NCBI GenBank assembly: GCA_028817225.1
Contig: JAPPQC010000011.1
Coordinates: 65,098 to 129,097, forward strand
Direction: 5' to 3'
DNA from: Gammaproteobacteria bacterium
GTDB lineage: Bacteria > Pseudomonadota > Gammaproteobacteria > Poriferisulfidales > Oxydemutatoraceae
DNA length: 64,000 nucleotides
The notes beneath the pieces were generated by a model, which did not search any database, was not told the DNA's origin, and was given only the letters and a program-made list of their open reading frames with translations. Shown one piece after another: positions 14,742-26,454 of the stretch. Position 1 is the stretch's first letter. Each line of letters begins with the position of its first letter. The position numbers and the translations under genes are program-made.

Positions 14742-15557
14742 TCAGCCCGCCGCCGGCTCTTGCAGCGCCAGCCGGAAAAGATGCGACAGCAGCGACCGGC
14801 CGCTCAGCAGTTGCTCGCGGGTTTTGTCCTTCAGCGCCTTGCCCATGCCGCCGCTGTTGTACAGCGTAAAGCCGAACGGATCGTCCTTCAGCCAGTCGTT
14901 GATGTCGTCCACTTCGCGGTAATAGACCTCGCGCTTCGACCAGTTCGGCCCGAATCGGCGGGCCGGAACCGCATAGAATGGATATTTTGGCAGAATGCGG
15001 CTGAACATCGCCGGGCCTTTCTCCGCGGCAAACGGCTCCGGAAACATACGCGACAAATAGCGCCTTCGCAGGTATCCCCACTTGCGTCTCGGCCCCCACC
15101 ACCCGGAACGGCCCAAGGCGTAATCCATCATGGACAAGGCTTCCCCGGGGATGCCGCAACCCCGAACAGAGGCCAGCATGCTGGTATGAATCACGCCCAA
15201 CCCGCCTTGTTCGTCTTTGTCCGCGCAGATGACAAAATCCGCCCGCTCCAGCGGAGCGGCCAGTTCGTCAATCTCTTTCAACAGAATGAAATCGCAGTCA
15301 AGCCACAGGCCGCCGTAGCGGTGCAGCAATGCATATCGTATGTAATCCGCCTTGATATCCAGAAGAATGGGCGCCTTCAACACCACCCACGGAAGATCGA
15401 GGAAATCCGTGACGGTGTTTTCATCCAGCAGTTTCAACTCCCACGAGCCCAAACGCCTGCGGATGGTCTCCAGGCACAAGTCCAGCCAGACGGGTTTGGA
15501 ACAACCGGGAGGGTTCTCCCAGTACATCCACACGGTCTTTTGATACGCCCGCTCCAT
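14742..15557 (-). CDS. glycosyltransferase with DXD sugar-binding region (GT32 / Caps_synth-like), tandem copy 1
   Basis: WMYWENPPG...DIKADYIRYALLHRYGGLWLDCDF motif typical of Gly_transf_sug / capsular-polysaccharide-synthesis family. Start taken at MERAYQ; the ORF runs on to 15578. Confidence 0.65.
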   Translation of the reverse strand: MERAYQKTVWMYWENPPGCSKPVWLDLCLETIRRRLGSWELKLLDENTVTDFLDLPWVVLKAPILLDIKADYIRYALLHRYGGLWLDCDFILLKEIDELAAPLERADFVICADKDEQGGLGVIHTSMLASVRGCGIPGEALSMMDYALGRSGWWGPRRKWGYLRRRYLSRMFPEPFAAEKGPAMFSRILPKYPFYAVPARRFGPNWSKREVYYREVDDINDWLKDDPFGFTLYNSGGMGKALKDKTREQLLSGRSLLSHLFRLALQEPAAG

Positions 15558-15653
15558 CGCCGCCGCCCGTGAATTCAAGGCCCGGCAAATCCGGTTGCAG
15601 TCAATGCCCGGAAACCTCTTCCGGCCAAAAAGCTTGTTGCGCCGGAAAACAAA

Positions 15654-16469
15654 TCAGCCCGCCGCCGGTTCTTCCAGCGCCAGCCGGAAAAGATGCGACA
15701 GCAGCGACCGGCCGCCCAGCAGTTGTTCGCGGGTTTTGTCCTTCAGCGCCTCGCCCATGCCGCCGCTGTTCCACAGGTTAAAGCCGAACGGATCGTCCTT
15801 CAGCCAGTCGTTGATGTTGTCCATTTCCCGGTAATAGACCTCGTGTTTCGACCAGTTCGGCCCGAATCTGCGGGCGGGATACGAATGGAATGGATATTTT
15901 GGCAGAATGCGTCTGAACATCGCCGGGCCTTTCTCCGCGGCGAACGGCGTCAAAACAGGCGGAAAACACCGCTTGATCAGGTATTTCAGCCTGCGCTTCG
16001 GTCTCAACCAGGAACGCCCCAGCGCGCCATCCATCATGGACAAGGCTTCTCCGAGGATGCCGCAACCGCGAACAGAGCCCAGCACGTTGGTATGAATCAG
16101 GCCCAACCCGCCTTGTTTGTCTTTGTTCGCGCAGATGACAAAATCCGCCCGCTCCAGCGGAGCGGCCAGTTCGTCAATCTCTTTCAACAGAATGAAATCG
16201 CAGTCAAGCCACAGGCCGCCGTAGCGGTGCAGCAATGCATATCGTATGTAATCCGCCTTGATATCCAGAAGAATGGGCGCCTTCAACACCACCCACGGAA
16301 GATCGAGGAAATCCGTGACGGTGTTTTCATCCAGCAGTTTCAACTCCCACGAGCCCAAACGCCTGCGGATGGTCTCCAGGCACAAGTCCAGCCAGACGGG
16401 TTTGGAACAACCGGGAGGGTTCTCCCAGTACATCCACACGGTCTTTTGCCAGGCCCGTTCCACCGCCAC
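15654..16469 (-). CDS. glycosyltransferase with DXD sugar-binding region (GT32 / Caps_synth-like), tandem copy 2
   Basis: 271 aa, near-identical to the adjacent copy over the N-terminal 160 aa or so and divergent at the C-terminus. GTG start. Confidence 0.65.
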   Translation of the reverse strand: MAVERAWQKTVWMYWENPPGCSKPVWLDLCLETIRRRLGSWELKLLDENTVTDFLDLPWVVLKAPILLDIKADYIRYALLHRYGGLWLDCDFILLKEIDELAAPLERADFVICANKDKQGGLGLIHTNVLGSVRGCGILGEALSMMDGALGRSWLRPKRRLKYLIKRCFPPVLTPFAAEKGPAMFRRILPKYPFHSYPARRFGPNWSKHEVYYREMDNINDWLKDDPFGFNLWNSGGMGEALKDKTREQLLGGRSLLSHLFRLALEEPAAG

Positions 16470-16485
16470 GCGCGGCCTCAGCGAC

Positions 16486-16578
16486 TGGCGGAGAGAGAGG
16501 GATTCGAACCCTCGATGAGGCTCATCACCCCATACTCCCTTAGCAGGGGAGCGCCTTCAACCACTCGGCCATCTCTCC
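16486..16578 (-). tRNA. tRNA-Ser (GCT), long variable arm
   Basis: Reverse complement GGAGAGATGGCCGAGTGGTTGAAGGCGCTCCCCTGCTAAGGGAGTATGGGGTGATGAGCCTCATCGAGGGTTCGAATCCCTCTCTCTCCGCCA. Confidence 0.85.
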
Positions 16579-16625
16579 GGCGGCAATCACAGCACGGCAT
16601 TTCCCGCGTCCCGGACCGGGGCGGG

Positions 16626-16862
16626 TCAGATTCTTTCGGCCTGCGGGGCGGTGTCTTCGGACGCGGCGCCGATGGAAGCCTGCGGGACGGGCGCGGCGCC
16701 TTCTTTCCGCATCTTCTCATACACTTCCTCGCGGTGCACCGGCGTCTCCTTCGGCGCGCTGACGCCGACGCGAATCTGGCCGCCGCGCACACCGAGAATG
16801 GTGATTGTCACATCGTCACCAATCATCAGGGCTTCTCCCACCCTTCTGGTTAAAATCAACAC
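16626..16862 (-). CDS. csrA: carbon storage regulator CsrA/RsmA (with about 20-aa C-terminal extension)
   Basis: GTG-TTG-ATT-TTA start gives [51 protein letters not shown]. The ORF track begins further upstream, but the CsrA N-terminus is unambiguous. Confidence 0.85.
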   Translation of the reverse strand: MLILTRRVGEALMIGDDVTITILGVRGGQIRVGVSAPKETPVHREEVYEKMRKEGAAPVPQASIGAASEDTAPQAERI

Positions 16863-16939
16863 TTGAAAACCTCTCGTGGTTTGAGCGCCCATTATACCGC
16901 AAAACAAAAACGGCCCGCAGAGCAAGCGCTGACAGGCGC

Positions 16940-18169
16940 TCACAACACACCGCCGCTTTCCAGTTGAAAGGCGTCGTGCAGAACGCGCACCGCGGTTTCC
17001 ATGTTTTTCTCCTCGAGCACCACCGAAATCTTGATCTCGGAAGTCGAGATCATGCGGATGTCAATTCCCTCGCCGGCGAGCGCGCGAAACATCTTCGACG
17101 CCACGCCCGAGTGCGAACGCATGCCGACGCCCACCAGCGAAACCTTGACGATGGAGTCGTCGCCGAGGACGCGCCCGGCGCCGAGCGCGGCCACCGTCTT
17201 CTCCAGAATCGCGCTGGCGCGCTCGTAGTCGCGGCGGTGAACGGTGAAGGTGAAATCGGCGGTGCCGTCGCGCGAGCCGACATTCTGGACGATCATGTCC
17301 ACCTCGATGTTGTCGTCGGCGACCGGCCCCAGTATCCTGGCCGCGACGCCCGGCTTGTCGGGCACGCCGCGCACCGTCAACTGGGCCTCGTCGCGCTGGA
17401 ACGCAATGCCCGCAATCCCCGGATTTTCCAAGTTATTTTCCTCGTAGGTGATGCGGGTGCCCGGCCCCGGACGGAAGGTCGAGAGCACCCTCAGCGGCAC
17501 ATTATACTTGCCCGCCAGTTCAACCGAGCGTATCTGCAGTATCTTCGAGCCGAGGCTCGCCATCTCGAGCATTTCCTCGAAGGTGATCCGGTCGAGGCGC
17601 CGCGCCTTGTTCTCGACGCGCGGGTCGGTCGTATAGACGCCGTCCACATCGCTGTAGATGCGGCACTCGCGCGCGCCGAGCGCGGCGGCGACGGCGACGG
17701 CGCTGGTGTCGGAACCGCCGCGCCCGAGCGTCGTGATGTTGCCGCCGCCGTCCACGCCCTGAAAGCCGGCGACGATCACCGCCTTGCCGGCGTCGAGATG
17801 GCGGCGAATCGCGCCGTCCTCGATGCCGGTGATGCGCGCGCGGTTCCAGACGCCGTCGGTCAGGATGCGCGCCTGCGCGCCGGTCAGCGAAACCGCGGCG
17901 ACGCCCTCGCCCGCCAGCGCCATCGCCAGCAGCGCGGCGCTCGCCTGCTCGCCGGTGGCCAGCAGCATGTCGAGTTCGCGGCCCCGGCAGCGCGCATCCA
18001 CGCGCGCGGCCAGTTCCAGCAGGCGGTCGGTCTCGCCGCTCATCGCCGACAGCACGACGACGACATCGTCGCCGCGCCCGCGGTCCGCCGCGACAATCGA
18101 GGCGACATGGCGGATGCGCTCGACCGAACCGACCGACGAGCCGCCGAATTTTTCAACAATCAGGGCCAT
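16940..18169 (-). CDS. lysC: aspartate kinase
   Basis: [23 protein letters not shown]..., amino-acid kinase domain plus two C-terminal ACT-like regions. Confidence 0.9.
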   Translation of the reverse strand: MALIVEKFGGSSVGSVERIRHVASIVAADRGRGDDVVVVLSAMSGETDRLLELAARVDARCRGRELDMLLATGEQASAALLAMALAGEGVAAVSLTGAQARILTDGVWNRARITGIEDGAIRRHLDAGKAVIVAGFQGVDGGGNITTLGRGGSDTSAVAVAAALGARECRIYSDVDGVYTTDPRVENKARRLDRITFEEMLEMASLGSKILQIRSVELAGKYNVPLRVLSTFRPGPGTRITYEENNLENPGIAGIAFQRDEAQLTVRGVPDKPGVAARILGPVADDNIEVDMIVQNVGSRDGTADFTFTVHRRDYERASAILEKTVAALGAGRVLGDDSIVKVSLVGVGMRSHSGVASKMFRALAGEGIDIRMISTSEIKISVVLEEKNMETAVRVLHDAFQLESGGVL

Positions 18170-18193
18170 GATTCATCCGGGCCTGGCGGCGCC

Positions 18194-18970
18194 TCAAAAG
18201 CGCGGCCAGACGGCGTCGCCCGGCAGGGCGTAACGCGCGTCGTATTCTATCGCAACCAGGTAGAGGCCGGCGCCTTCGGCGGTGACGCCGCCGCGCGTGC
18301 GGTCGCGCCATTCAAGCACCCGGCGCGCGTCATCGCGCGGGCGGTCGCCGCAGCCGATCTCCACCAGCACGCCGACGATGTTCCTGACCATGTGCTGCAA
18401 GAAGGCGTTGGCGCAGATATCCACATAGACAAAGCGCCCGTCGCGGCGGACAGCCACGCTTTCAACGCGGCGCATCGGCGTCCGCGAGCGGCAGCCGGCG
18501 CCGCGGTAGCCGCTGAAGTCGTGCTCGCCGACCAGCGCCTGCGCGGCGGCGTGCATCGCGCCGGCCTCGAGCGGGCGGCGCACCGGCGCGGTGAGGCGGC
18601 GCAGCAGCGCCGACGCCGCCGGCGCGTTCAGTATCACATAGCGGTAACGCCGCCGCAGCGCGCTGAAACGCGCGTGAAAATCACCGGCCACCGCCCGCAC
18701 CCAGCGCGCGCGCACATCGTCCGGCAGATGGCTGTTGGCGCCGCGCCGCCAGTCGTCTTCGGCGCGCGTGGCGGCGGACTCAAAATGCACAATCTGGCCG
18801 GTGGCGTGAACGCCGGCGTCGGTGCGCCCGGCGCAAACCACCTTGACCTCGTGGTCGGCGACCGCCGACAGCGCGGCCTCAACGCAGTCCTGAACGCTGC
18901 GCGCGTGCGACTGGCTCTGCCATCCGGAAAAATCCGCTCCGTCGTACTCCAGGCATACCGCAAACTTCAC
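18194..18970 (-). CDS. truA: tRNA pseudouridine(38-40) synthase TruA
   Basis: MKFAVCLEYDGADFSGWQSQ...VCAGRTDAGVHATGQIVHF... TruA motifs. Confidence 0.9.
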   Translation of the reverse strand: MKFAVCLEYDGADFSGWQSQSHARSVQDCVEAALSAVADHEVKVVCAGRTDAGVHATGQIVHFESAATRAEDDWRRGANSHLPDDVRARWVRAVAGDFHARFSALRRRYRYVILNAPAASALLRRLTAPVRRPLEAGAMHAAAQALVGEHDFSGYRGAGCRSRTPMRRVESVAVRRDGRFVYVDICANAFLQHMVRNIVGVLVEIGCGDRPRDDARRVLEWRDRTRGGVTAEGAGLYLVAIEYDARYALPGDAVWPRF

Positions 18971-20469
18971 CCGAGTTTTCCCTGCAACTGACGCGCCCGT
19001 TCAACCTGGCTCGCGTCGCCGCCGCGGATAACCTCATTGAGCAGCGCCGCGGCCTTGCCGGTCTCGCCGATTTCGATATAGACATAGGCCAGATGCAGTT
19101 TGCCGGCCACCTCGCCGCCGCCTTGCCCGGCGTCTTCGCCGCCGCCGCCTCTGATGCGTTCCAGTTCCCGCTGCCCGGGCAGAACACCACCGGACGGCGG
19201 CGGCGATGACGGCGACGATGGCGGCGCCGGCGGCGTCGGAGATGACGATGGCGGCGCCGAAGCCGCAGGCGTCGGAGATGGCGACGACGAAGGTGGCGGA
19301 GCCGAAGACGCCGGAGATGACGACGGCGGCGATGGCGATGCGGACGGCGGCGATGGCGATGCGGACGACGGCGACGACGACGCGGACGACGCAGGCGACG
19401 ACTCCAGCGGCTGCTTGATCATCGCCTCAATCGAGCGCGCCATTGACGACGCCGCGCGCAGACGCCGCCACTGCCGCCACATCAGCAGCAGCGCCAACAC
19501 GCCCCAGAAAGCGGCGAAGCCCGTCCACACCGGCTGCGTCAGCAGGCGGCGGTTGTCCCAGCCGTACTCCACCAGCACGGCGTGCAGAATGTTCCACCAG
19601 CGGCTGCGCGGCGCCGCCCCGGTGTCATCGCGCCCGGCGCGGTCGAGCGCGTGGCCCAATTCCACAATCCGGTTTTCAAGCGCCGCAATCTTCTCTTTCA
19701 GATAGACAAGGCGCTGCGGCACATTCTCGCCTTCATGCATCGCGCTGACGGTGCCCGCCGCCAGCAGATTGCCCAGCACCGCATACTGGCTGTCGCCGAA
19801 CAGCGCCTCGGACAGCGCGAAGGCGCTGCGCCCGTCGTCAAGGCGGCGCCCGAAAACAACCGCGGCGTCGCCGTCCAGCAGCGCGGCGACGCCGTCCACA
19901 AAGTCCGGCGCAAAATCGGTCCGCAGAAAGCGCATCACCAGGTGTTTTTCACCCGGGTTGTACGAACGCCCGTCCGCCAGCCGCTTGAGTTCGGAAAACA
20001 CCTCGGTGCGCGGCCTGCCGGAATCCCCGGCCAGCAACGCCAGCAGGCGCGCCAGCACTTCGGGCGGCGTCATCACCGCCGGCGGCGGCGGCGGCGGCGG
20101 CGCGCCCAGCACAATACGCACCGGCTCCAGCAGCGTGCCGTTCGGATGCACAATGCCAAGCAGCAGGTTGAACGCGGCCTCGTTGACCGGCCCGATGCTG
20201 CTGACGGCGACATGCGGCGGCGTCGCCGCCGGCACCAGTTCCATCACGATGCGGTCGTGCAGCGGCGCATAGTCCAGCCCGGTCTCGGCGTAGGCCGCGC
20301 GGTCGGTGCGTATCAGGCGCAGCACATCGTGCCCGGCGGCGCTGATTTCCAGCAGCGGAATGCGGGCGTCGAGCGTCTCGCCGGGAACGCTCTCGACAAC
20401 CGGCTCGCCCAGTTCCAGCGCGTGCAGCGCCGGGCACAGCAGCAGCAGCGGCAGCGCGAGGCGTTTCAC
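18967..20469 (-). CDS. FimV/HubP-like polar landmark protein (signal peptide, TM, Pro/Ser-rich linker, C-terminal FimV-type TPR-like motif)
   Basis: Position between truA and asd as in Pseudomonas fimV. GTG start VKRLALPLLLLCPALHA overlaps the asd stop (GTGA). C-terminal LAYVYIEIGETGKAAALLNEVI. The ORF extension to 20751 overlaps asd. Confidence 0.6.
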   Translation of the reverse strand: MKRLALPLLLLCPALHALELGEPVVESVPGETLDARIPLLEISAAGHDVLRLIRTDRAAYAETGLDYAPLHDRIVMELVPAATPPHVAVSSIGPVNEAAFNLLLGIVHPNGTLLEPVRIVLGAPPPPPPPAVMTPPEVLARLLALLAGDSGRPRTEVFSELKRLADGRSYNPGEKHLVMRFLRTDFAPDFVDGVAALLDGDAAVVFGRRLDDGRSAFALSEALFGDSQYAVLGNLLAAGTVSAMHEGENVPQRLVYLKEKIAALENRIVELGHALDRAGRDDTGAAPRSRWWNILHAVLVEYGWDNRRLLTQPVWTGFAAFWGVLALLLMWRQWRRLRAASSMARSIEAMIKQPLESSPASSASSSPSSASPSPPSASPSPPSSSPASSAPPPSSSPSPTPAASAPPSSSPTPPAPPSSPSSPPPSGGVLPGQRELERIRGGGGEDAGQGGGEVAGKLHLAYVYIEIGETGKAAALLNEVIRGGDASQVERARQLQGKLG

Positions 20470-21509
20470 GCGCAATGCCCGGCGGCGAGGTGTTCGCGCA
20501 GCAGGTGCTCCGCGATCTGCACGCTGTTGGTGGCCGCGCCCTTGCGTAAATTGTCGCTGACGACCCACAAGTCCAGCCCGCGCGGATGCGAGATGTCCTT
20601 GCGAAGACGCCCGACGAAGACATCGTCGCTGCCGTCGGCGTCGGTCGCCGCCGTCGGGTAGCCGCCGTCGCGGCGCTCGTCCATCAGCGTGACGCCGGCG
20701 GCGGACGCCAGCGCCGCGCGCGCCTCGCCGAGGTCCACATCGCGTTCGCACTCGATGTGCACCGCCTCCGAATGGCCGTGCACGACCGGCACGCGCACCG
20801 TCGTCGGGTTGACGCGGATGGCGTCGTCGCCGAATATCTTGCGGGTCTCCCAGACCATCTTCATTTCCTCTCTGGTGTAGCCGTTGTCGAGAAACACATC
20901 AATCTGCGGCAGCGCGTTGAACGCGATGCGCTTCGGGTACATGTCACCCGTCGCCGGCTTCCCGTCGAGCAGCGCGCGCGTCTGCGCCAGCATTTCCTCG
21001 ACCGCGCGCCGCCCGGCGCCGGACACCGCCTGGTAGGTCGCGACATTGATGCGCGTGATGCGAAAGCGGTCGTGCAGCGGTTTCAGCGCAACCACCATCT
21101 GAATCGTCGAGCAGTTCGGGTTGGCGACGATGCCGCGGTTGGCGTAGTGCGCGAGCGCTTCGGGGTTGACCTCGGGCACGACCAGCGGAATGTCGTCGTC
21201 GCGGCGAAAGTGCGAGGTGTTGTCCACGACGACGCAGCCGGCGGCGGCGGCGCGCGGCGCGTGGCGCTCCGACACCGCCGCGCCCGCCGAGAACAGCGCG
21301 ATGTCAACGCCGGCGAAATCAAACGCCTCAAGGTCGGCGACGGCGACTTTGCGGCCCCTGAAATCCAGCGCCGCGCCCGCCGAGCGGGCGCTCGCCAGCA
21401 GGTGCAACCGGGCGACCGGAAAATCGCGCTCCTCCAGCACCCGGCGCATCGTCGCGCCGACGGCGCCGGTCGCGCCGACAACCGCCACATTGACTTTTTT
21501 CACCGCCAT
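20466..21509 (-). CDS. asd: aspartate-semialdehyde dehydrogenase
   Basis: MAVKKVNVAVVGATGAVG...NPNCSTIQMVVALKPL..., a strong ASD match. Confidence 0.9.
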   Translation of the reverse strand: MAVKKVNVAVVGATGAVGATMRRVLEERDFPVARLHLLASARSAGAALDFRGRKVAVADLEAFDFAGVDIALFSAGAAVSERHAPRAAAAGCVVVDNTSHFRRDDDIPLVVPEVNPEALAHYANRGIVANPNCSTIQMVVALKPLHDRFRITRINVATYQAVSGAGRRAVEEMLAQTRALLDGKPATGDMYPKRIAFNALPQIDVFLDNGYTREEMKMVWETRKIFGDDAIRVNPTTVRVPVVHGHSEAVHIECERDVDLGEARAALASAAGVTLMDERRDGGYPTAATDADGSDDVFVGRLRKDISHPRGLDLWVVSDNLRKGAATNSVQIAEHLLREHLAAGHCA

Positions 21510-22592
<1,083 letters not shown>

Positions 22593-22614
22593 CGTTTGTC
22601 CGCCGCGGGGGCGG

Positions 22615-23640
22615 TCAGGCGGCGCGGCCCTTGCCGTTGCCGCCGCCGCTACCGCCGCTGCGGCCAAACGGCCACAGCGCCTTCCAGTTAATCTTGAAGT
22701 CGCCCCGCCACAGGGTCAGCGCCAGCCATTTGATGAACTCTGCGTTGCCGAGGCGCAGCAGCACTTCCCCGCACAAATACCCCAGCGGGAATTTGCCGCC
22801 GTTCAGAAAGTACCACTTGAAACCGCCCCAGATTATGGGGCCGGCGTTTCTCCCCCAAGAAACATCGCTGCGGTGAATCAAATGAACCAGTTCCGGCCGC
22901 TCGATGCAAACCTCGCTCATCAGGCGCTCCTCTATCAGAACAAGACGTCCCTCCCGGACCCGGCGCTCAAGACATTCATAATAGGCATCGCCCCAGCGGA
23001 TGACAGCCTCGCTTGAGCCTCCCCAAAACGCGGCGTTGACCGCCAACTCCGACGGCTTGTTGCCCGGCGACGGGTCGGGAGTCCAGGGTGGCGGGCCCAG
23101 ATAATTGACGACGGTAATCGCCACCTTGTGCCGGGGCAGCGCCCGGCACACCCGCAAATTCGGCCATTCAATGCGCTCCGACAAGCGAAACATCTGATTG
23201 TCGGAGCGGACGGTTGCCCTGAAAGCGCCGGCATCGCACCAGAATATCATCTCCGAGCCAAACGGATTCATCCCGGCGGCGCGCCGGGCAAAGTTGCACT
23301 TCTCATTCCAGATCATGGAGACATCGGGGTGCATGGCGCGACCCGGATGCGCATCCGGAGGCTGGGCAAGATACTGATCCTGAAAAACATCCCGGTATTT
23401 GTGGACAAGAAATTCCTCCGGACTGACGGCAAGATAAACTGCGGGCTTGTCCCCTCTCATCCGCCTGATTTCATCCAGCGACTGCTCTTCACAAAAAATG
23501 ACCAGCGGCCAGCGAATATGCGACACAAAAGTCCTCATCCACTCTTCGTACGGCCGGACGAAAGACTCGTTTCTTCTCCGCTGTCTGACCTTGAACCAGG
23601 CTGTCACCAGCGTTACCGGGTGCTGTTCGTTTGTCTTCAT
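22615..23640 (-). CDS. HtrL/YibB-like putative glycosyltransferase-family protein, long form, paralog 1 of 9
   Basis: [18 protein letters not shown]...[20 protein letters not shown]...[30 protein letters not shown]...[21 protein letters not shown]. Motif order resembles E. coli waa-cluster HtrL (TIVTAYFDIG...VAWVDFG) from memory. Confidence 0.6.
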   Translation of the reverse strand: MKTNEQHPVTLVTAWFKVRQRRRNESFVRPYEEWMRTFVSHIRWPLVIFCEEQSLDEIRRMRGDKPAVYLAVSPEEFLVHKYRDVFQDQYLAQPPDAHPGRAMHPDVSMIWNEKCNFARRAAGMNPFGSEMIFWCDAGAFRATVRSDNQMFRLSERIEWPNLRVCRALPRHKVAITVVNYLGPPPWTPDPSPGNKPSELAVNAAFWGGSSEAVIRWGDAYYECLERRVREGRLVLIEERLMSEVCIERPELVHLIHRSDVSWGRNAGPIIWGGFKWYFLNGGKFPLGYLCGEVLLRLGNAEFIKWLALTLWRGDFKINWKALWPFGRSGGSGGGNGKGRAA

Positions 23641-23664
23641 ATCATTTGTCCGCCGCAAGGCCGG

Positions 23665-24750
23665 TCAGGCAGCGCGGCCCCTGCCATTTCCGTCGCCACC
23701 GCCGGCGCTCCCGCCACCGCCAAAGGGCCACAGCGCCTTCCAGTTAATCTTGAAGGTGCCCCGCCACAGGACCAGCGCCAGCCACTTGACGAATTCCGCG
23801 TTGCCGAGGCGCAGCAACACTTCCCGGCACAAATATCCCAGCGGGAATTTCCCGCCGTTCAGATAGTAGTACCTGAACCAGTCCCAGCACACATCGCCGG
23901 CGTTCCCGCCCCAGGAGACGGCGCTGCGTGGAATCAAATGCACCAGTTCCGGCCGGGTGATGCAAACCTCGCTCATGATGGGCTCCTCCATCAGAATGTG
24001 GCGCCCCTCCCGGACCCGGTGTTCAAGACATTCATAATAGGCGTCGCCCCAGCGGATGACAGCCTCGCTTGCGCCTCCCCAGAACCCGGCGCCGACCATC
24101 AGCACAGACGGCTTGCCGCCCGGCGCCGGACCATTCCCCGGCAACGGGTCGTGAGTCCGGGAGTGGTCGGGGCTCCAGGGCGGGTCGGGAGTCCAGGGTG
24201 GCGAACCCGGATAATTGACGATGGACACCGCCACCTTGTCCTGCGGCAGCGCCCGGCACACCCGCAAATTCGGCCATTCAATGCGCTGCGACAAACGGAA
24301 CAGCTGATTTTCAGTTCGCACGGTCGCCCTGAAAGCGCCGATATCGCACCAGAATATCATCTCCGACCCGAACGGGTTCATCCTGGCGGCGCGCCGGGCA
24401 AAGTTATACTTCTCATTCCAGATCATGGAAAGGTCCGGGTACAGGGCGCGAACCGTGTCCATCGCCGGAGGATGGGCAAGAATCTGGTTCTGAAAAACAC
24501 CCCGGTATTTGCAGACAAGGAATTCTTCCAGACTGGTGACAAGATAAACCGCAGGCCTGTCCCCTCTCATCCGCCTGATTTCATCCAGCGACTGTTCTTC
24601 ACAGAAAACAACCAGCGGCCAGCGAATATACGACAGAAAATTCCGCATCCACTCCTCGTACGGCCGGGCGCAGTCTTCGGCTCTTCTCCGCTGCCTGACT
24701 TTGAACCAGGCCGTCACCAGCGTTATCGGGTGCTGTTCGCTTGTCTCCAT
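23665..24750 (-). CDS. HtrL/YibB-like protein, long form, paralog 2
   Basis: [18 protein letters not shown]... 361 aa. Close paralog of 22615..23640. Confidence 0.6.
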   Translation of the reverse strand: METSEQHPITLVTAWFKVRQRRRAEDCARPYEEWMRNFLSYIRWPLVVFCEEQSLDEIRRMRGDRPAVYLVTSLEEFLVCKYRGVFQNQILAHPPAMDTVRALYPDLSMIWNEKYNFARRAARMNPFGSEMIFWCDIGAFRATVRTENQLFRLSQRIEWPNLRVCRALPQDKVAVSIVNYPGSPPWTPDPPWSPDHSRTHDPLPGNGPAPGGKPSVLMVGAGFWGGASEAVIRWGDAYYECLEHRVREGRHILMEEPIMSEVCITRPELVHLIPRSAVSWGGNAGDVCWDWFRYYYLNGGKFPLGYLCREVLLRLGNAEFVKWLALVLWRGTFKINWKALWPFGGGGSAGGGDGNGRGRAA

Positions 24751-24774
24751 GTCGTTTGTTCGCCGCAGGGCCGG

Positions 24775-25800
24775 TCAGGCGGCGCGGCCTCTGCCGTTGT
24801 TGCCGCCGCTCCCGCCACCGGCAAAGGGCCACAGCGCCTTCCAGTTGAATCTGAAGGCGCCCCGCCACAGAATCAGCACCAGCCATTTGATGAATCTCCA
24901 ATCGCCGATGCGCGGCAGCACCTCCCTGCACAAATACCCCAGCGGGAATTTCCCGCCGTTCAGATAGTACCACCTGTAATGGGTCCAGGACATTTCACCG
25001 GCGGCCCCTCCCCAGGAAACGGCGCTGCGGGGAATCAAATGCACCAGTTCCGGCCGGGCGATGCAAACCTCGCCCATGATGGGCTCTTCCACCAGAACGA
25101 AGCGCCCCTCCCGAACCCGGCGCTCAAGACATTCATAATAGGCGTCGCCCCAGCGGATGACAGCCTCGCTTGAGCCGCCCCAGAACCCGGCGGCGACCGC
25201 CAATGCCGGTTGGCCGCCATCCGGCGCAGGACCATTCCCCGGCGGCGGGCCGGAAAGCCCGGGTGGCGAATCCGGATAATTGACGACGGGAATCGCCACC
25301 CTGTCCTGCGGCAGCGCCCGGCACACCTGCAAATTCGGCCATTCAACGCGCTGCGACAAACGGAACACCTGTTCGTTGTAACTGGCGGTTGCCTTGAAAA
25401 TACCGACATCACACCAGAATATCATTTCCGACCCGAACGGGTTCATCCCGGCGGCGCGGCGGGCAAAGTTGCACTTCTCATTCCAGACCATGGCGAGATT
25501 GGGGTCCAGGGAACCGGACCTGTCCGGACGATCCGGGCACTGATCCTGAAAAACACGCCGGTATTTGTGGACAAGAAATTCCTCCGGACTGACGGCAAGA
25601 TAAACCGCGGGCCTGTCGCCTCTCATCCGCCTCATTTCATCCAGCGATTGCTCTTCACCGAAAACAACCAGCGGCCAGCGGATATGCGACAGCAAATTCC
25701 GCATCCATTCCTCGTACGGGCGAAAGGAGGATGCGCCTCTCCGCCTGATTTTGTACCAGGCCGTCACCAGCGTTATCGGATATTGTTCGCGTGTCTCCAT
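24775..25800 (-). CDS. HtrL/YibB-like protein, long form, paralog 3
   Basis: METREQYPITLVTAWYKI... Start lies 9 nt after the leuD stop. Confidence 0.6.
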   Translation of the reverse strand: METREQYPITLVTAWYKIRRRGASSFRPYEEWMRNLLSHIRWPLVVFGEEQSLDEMRRMRGDRPAVYLAVSPEEFLVHKYRRVFQDQCPDRPDRSGSLDPNLAMVWNEKCNFARRAAGMNPFGSEMIFWCDVGIFKATASYNEQVFRLSQRVEWPNLQVCRALPQDRVAIPVVNYPDSPPGLSGPPPGNGPAPDGGQPALAVAAGFWGGSSEAVIRWGDAYYECLERRVREGRFVLVEEPIMGEVCIARPELVHLIPRSAVSWGGAAGEMSWTHYRWYYLNGGKFPLGYLCREVLPRIGDWRFIKWLVLILWRGAFRFNWKALWPFAGGGSGGNNGRGRAA

Positions 25801-25809
25801 TGCAAACAC

Positions 25810-26454
25810 TCAGTCGTTGAAAAGCCAGGGCGCGGCGCGGCGGCGTCTTTGCTCGCAGGCGCGGATGTCGGCGGCGTGGCGCAGTGTCAGGCCGATTTCG
25901 TCCAGCCCTTCAAGCAGGCAGCGCTTGCGAAACGGGTCCACCTCAAACGGCCACGACGACTCGCCGTCGCCGACGCGCTGGCGCGGCAGGTCAACCGTCA
26001 GGCGGTAGCCTTCGCGCGCCGCGGTGCGCGCGAACAGTTCGTCCACTGCGGCGTCCGGCAGTTCCACCGGCAGCAGGCCGTTCTTGAACGAGTTGCCGAA
26101 AAACAACTCGGCGAAGCGCGGCGCGATGACGGCGAAAAAACCGGCGTCCATCAGCGCCCACACCGCGTGCTCGCGCGACGAGCCGCAGCCGAAGTTCTCG
26201 CGCGCCAGCAAAATGCCGGCGCCGCGGTAACGCGCCCGGTTCAGCACAAAATCGGGGTTGGGGCGGCGCTTTGAGTGGTCGTCGCCGATGTCGCCCGGGT
26301 CGAGATAGCGCCAGTCGTCGAACAGGTTCGGGCCGAAGCCGGTGCGCTTGACCGACTTCAGGTACTGCTTCGGAATGATCGCGTCGGTGTCCACATTGGC
26401 GCGGTCGAGCGGCGCGACGATGCCCTGTTCAACCTGAAACGCGCGCATCGCCAA
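25810..26454 (-). CDS. leuD: 3-isopropylmalate dehydratase small subunit
   Basis: [33 protein letters not shown]... TTG start adjacent to the leuC stop. Confidence 0.9.
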   Translation of the reverse strand: MAMRAFQVEQGIVAPLDRANVDTDAIIPKQYLKSVKRTGFGPNLFDDWRYLDPGDIGDDHSKRRPNPDFVLNRARYRGAGILLARENFGCGSSREHAVWALMDAGFFAVIAPRFAELFFGNSFKNGLLPVELPDAAVDELFARTAAREGYRLTVDLPRQRVGDGESSWPFEVDPFRKRCLLEGLDEIGLTLRHAADIRACEQRRRRAAPWLFND

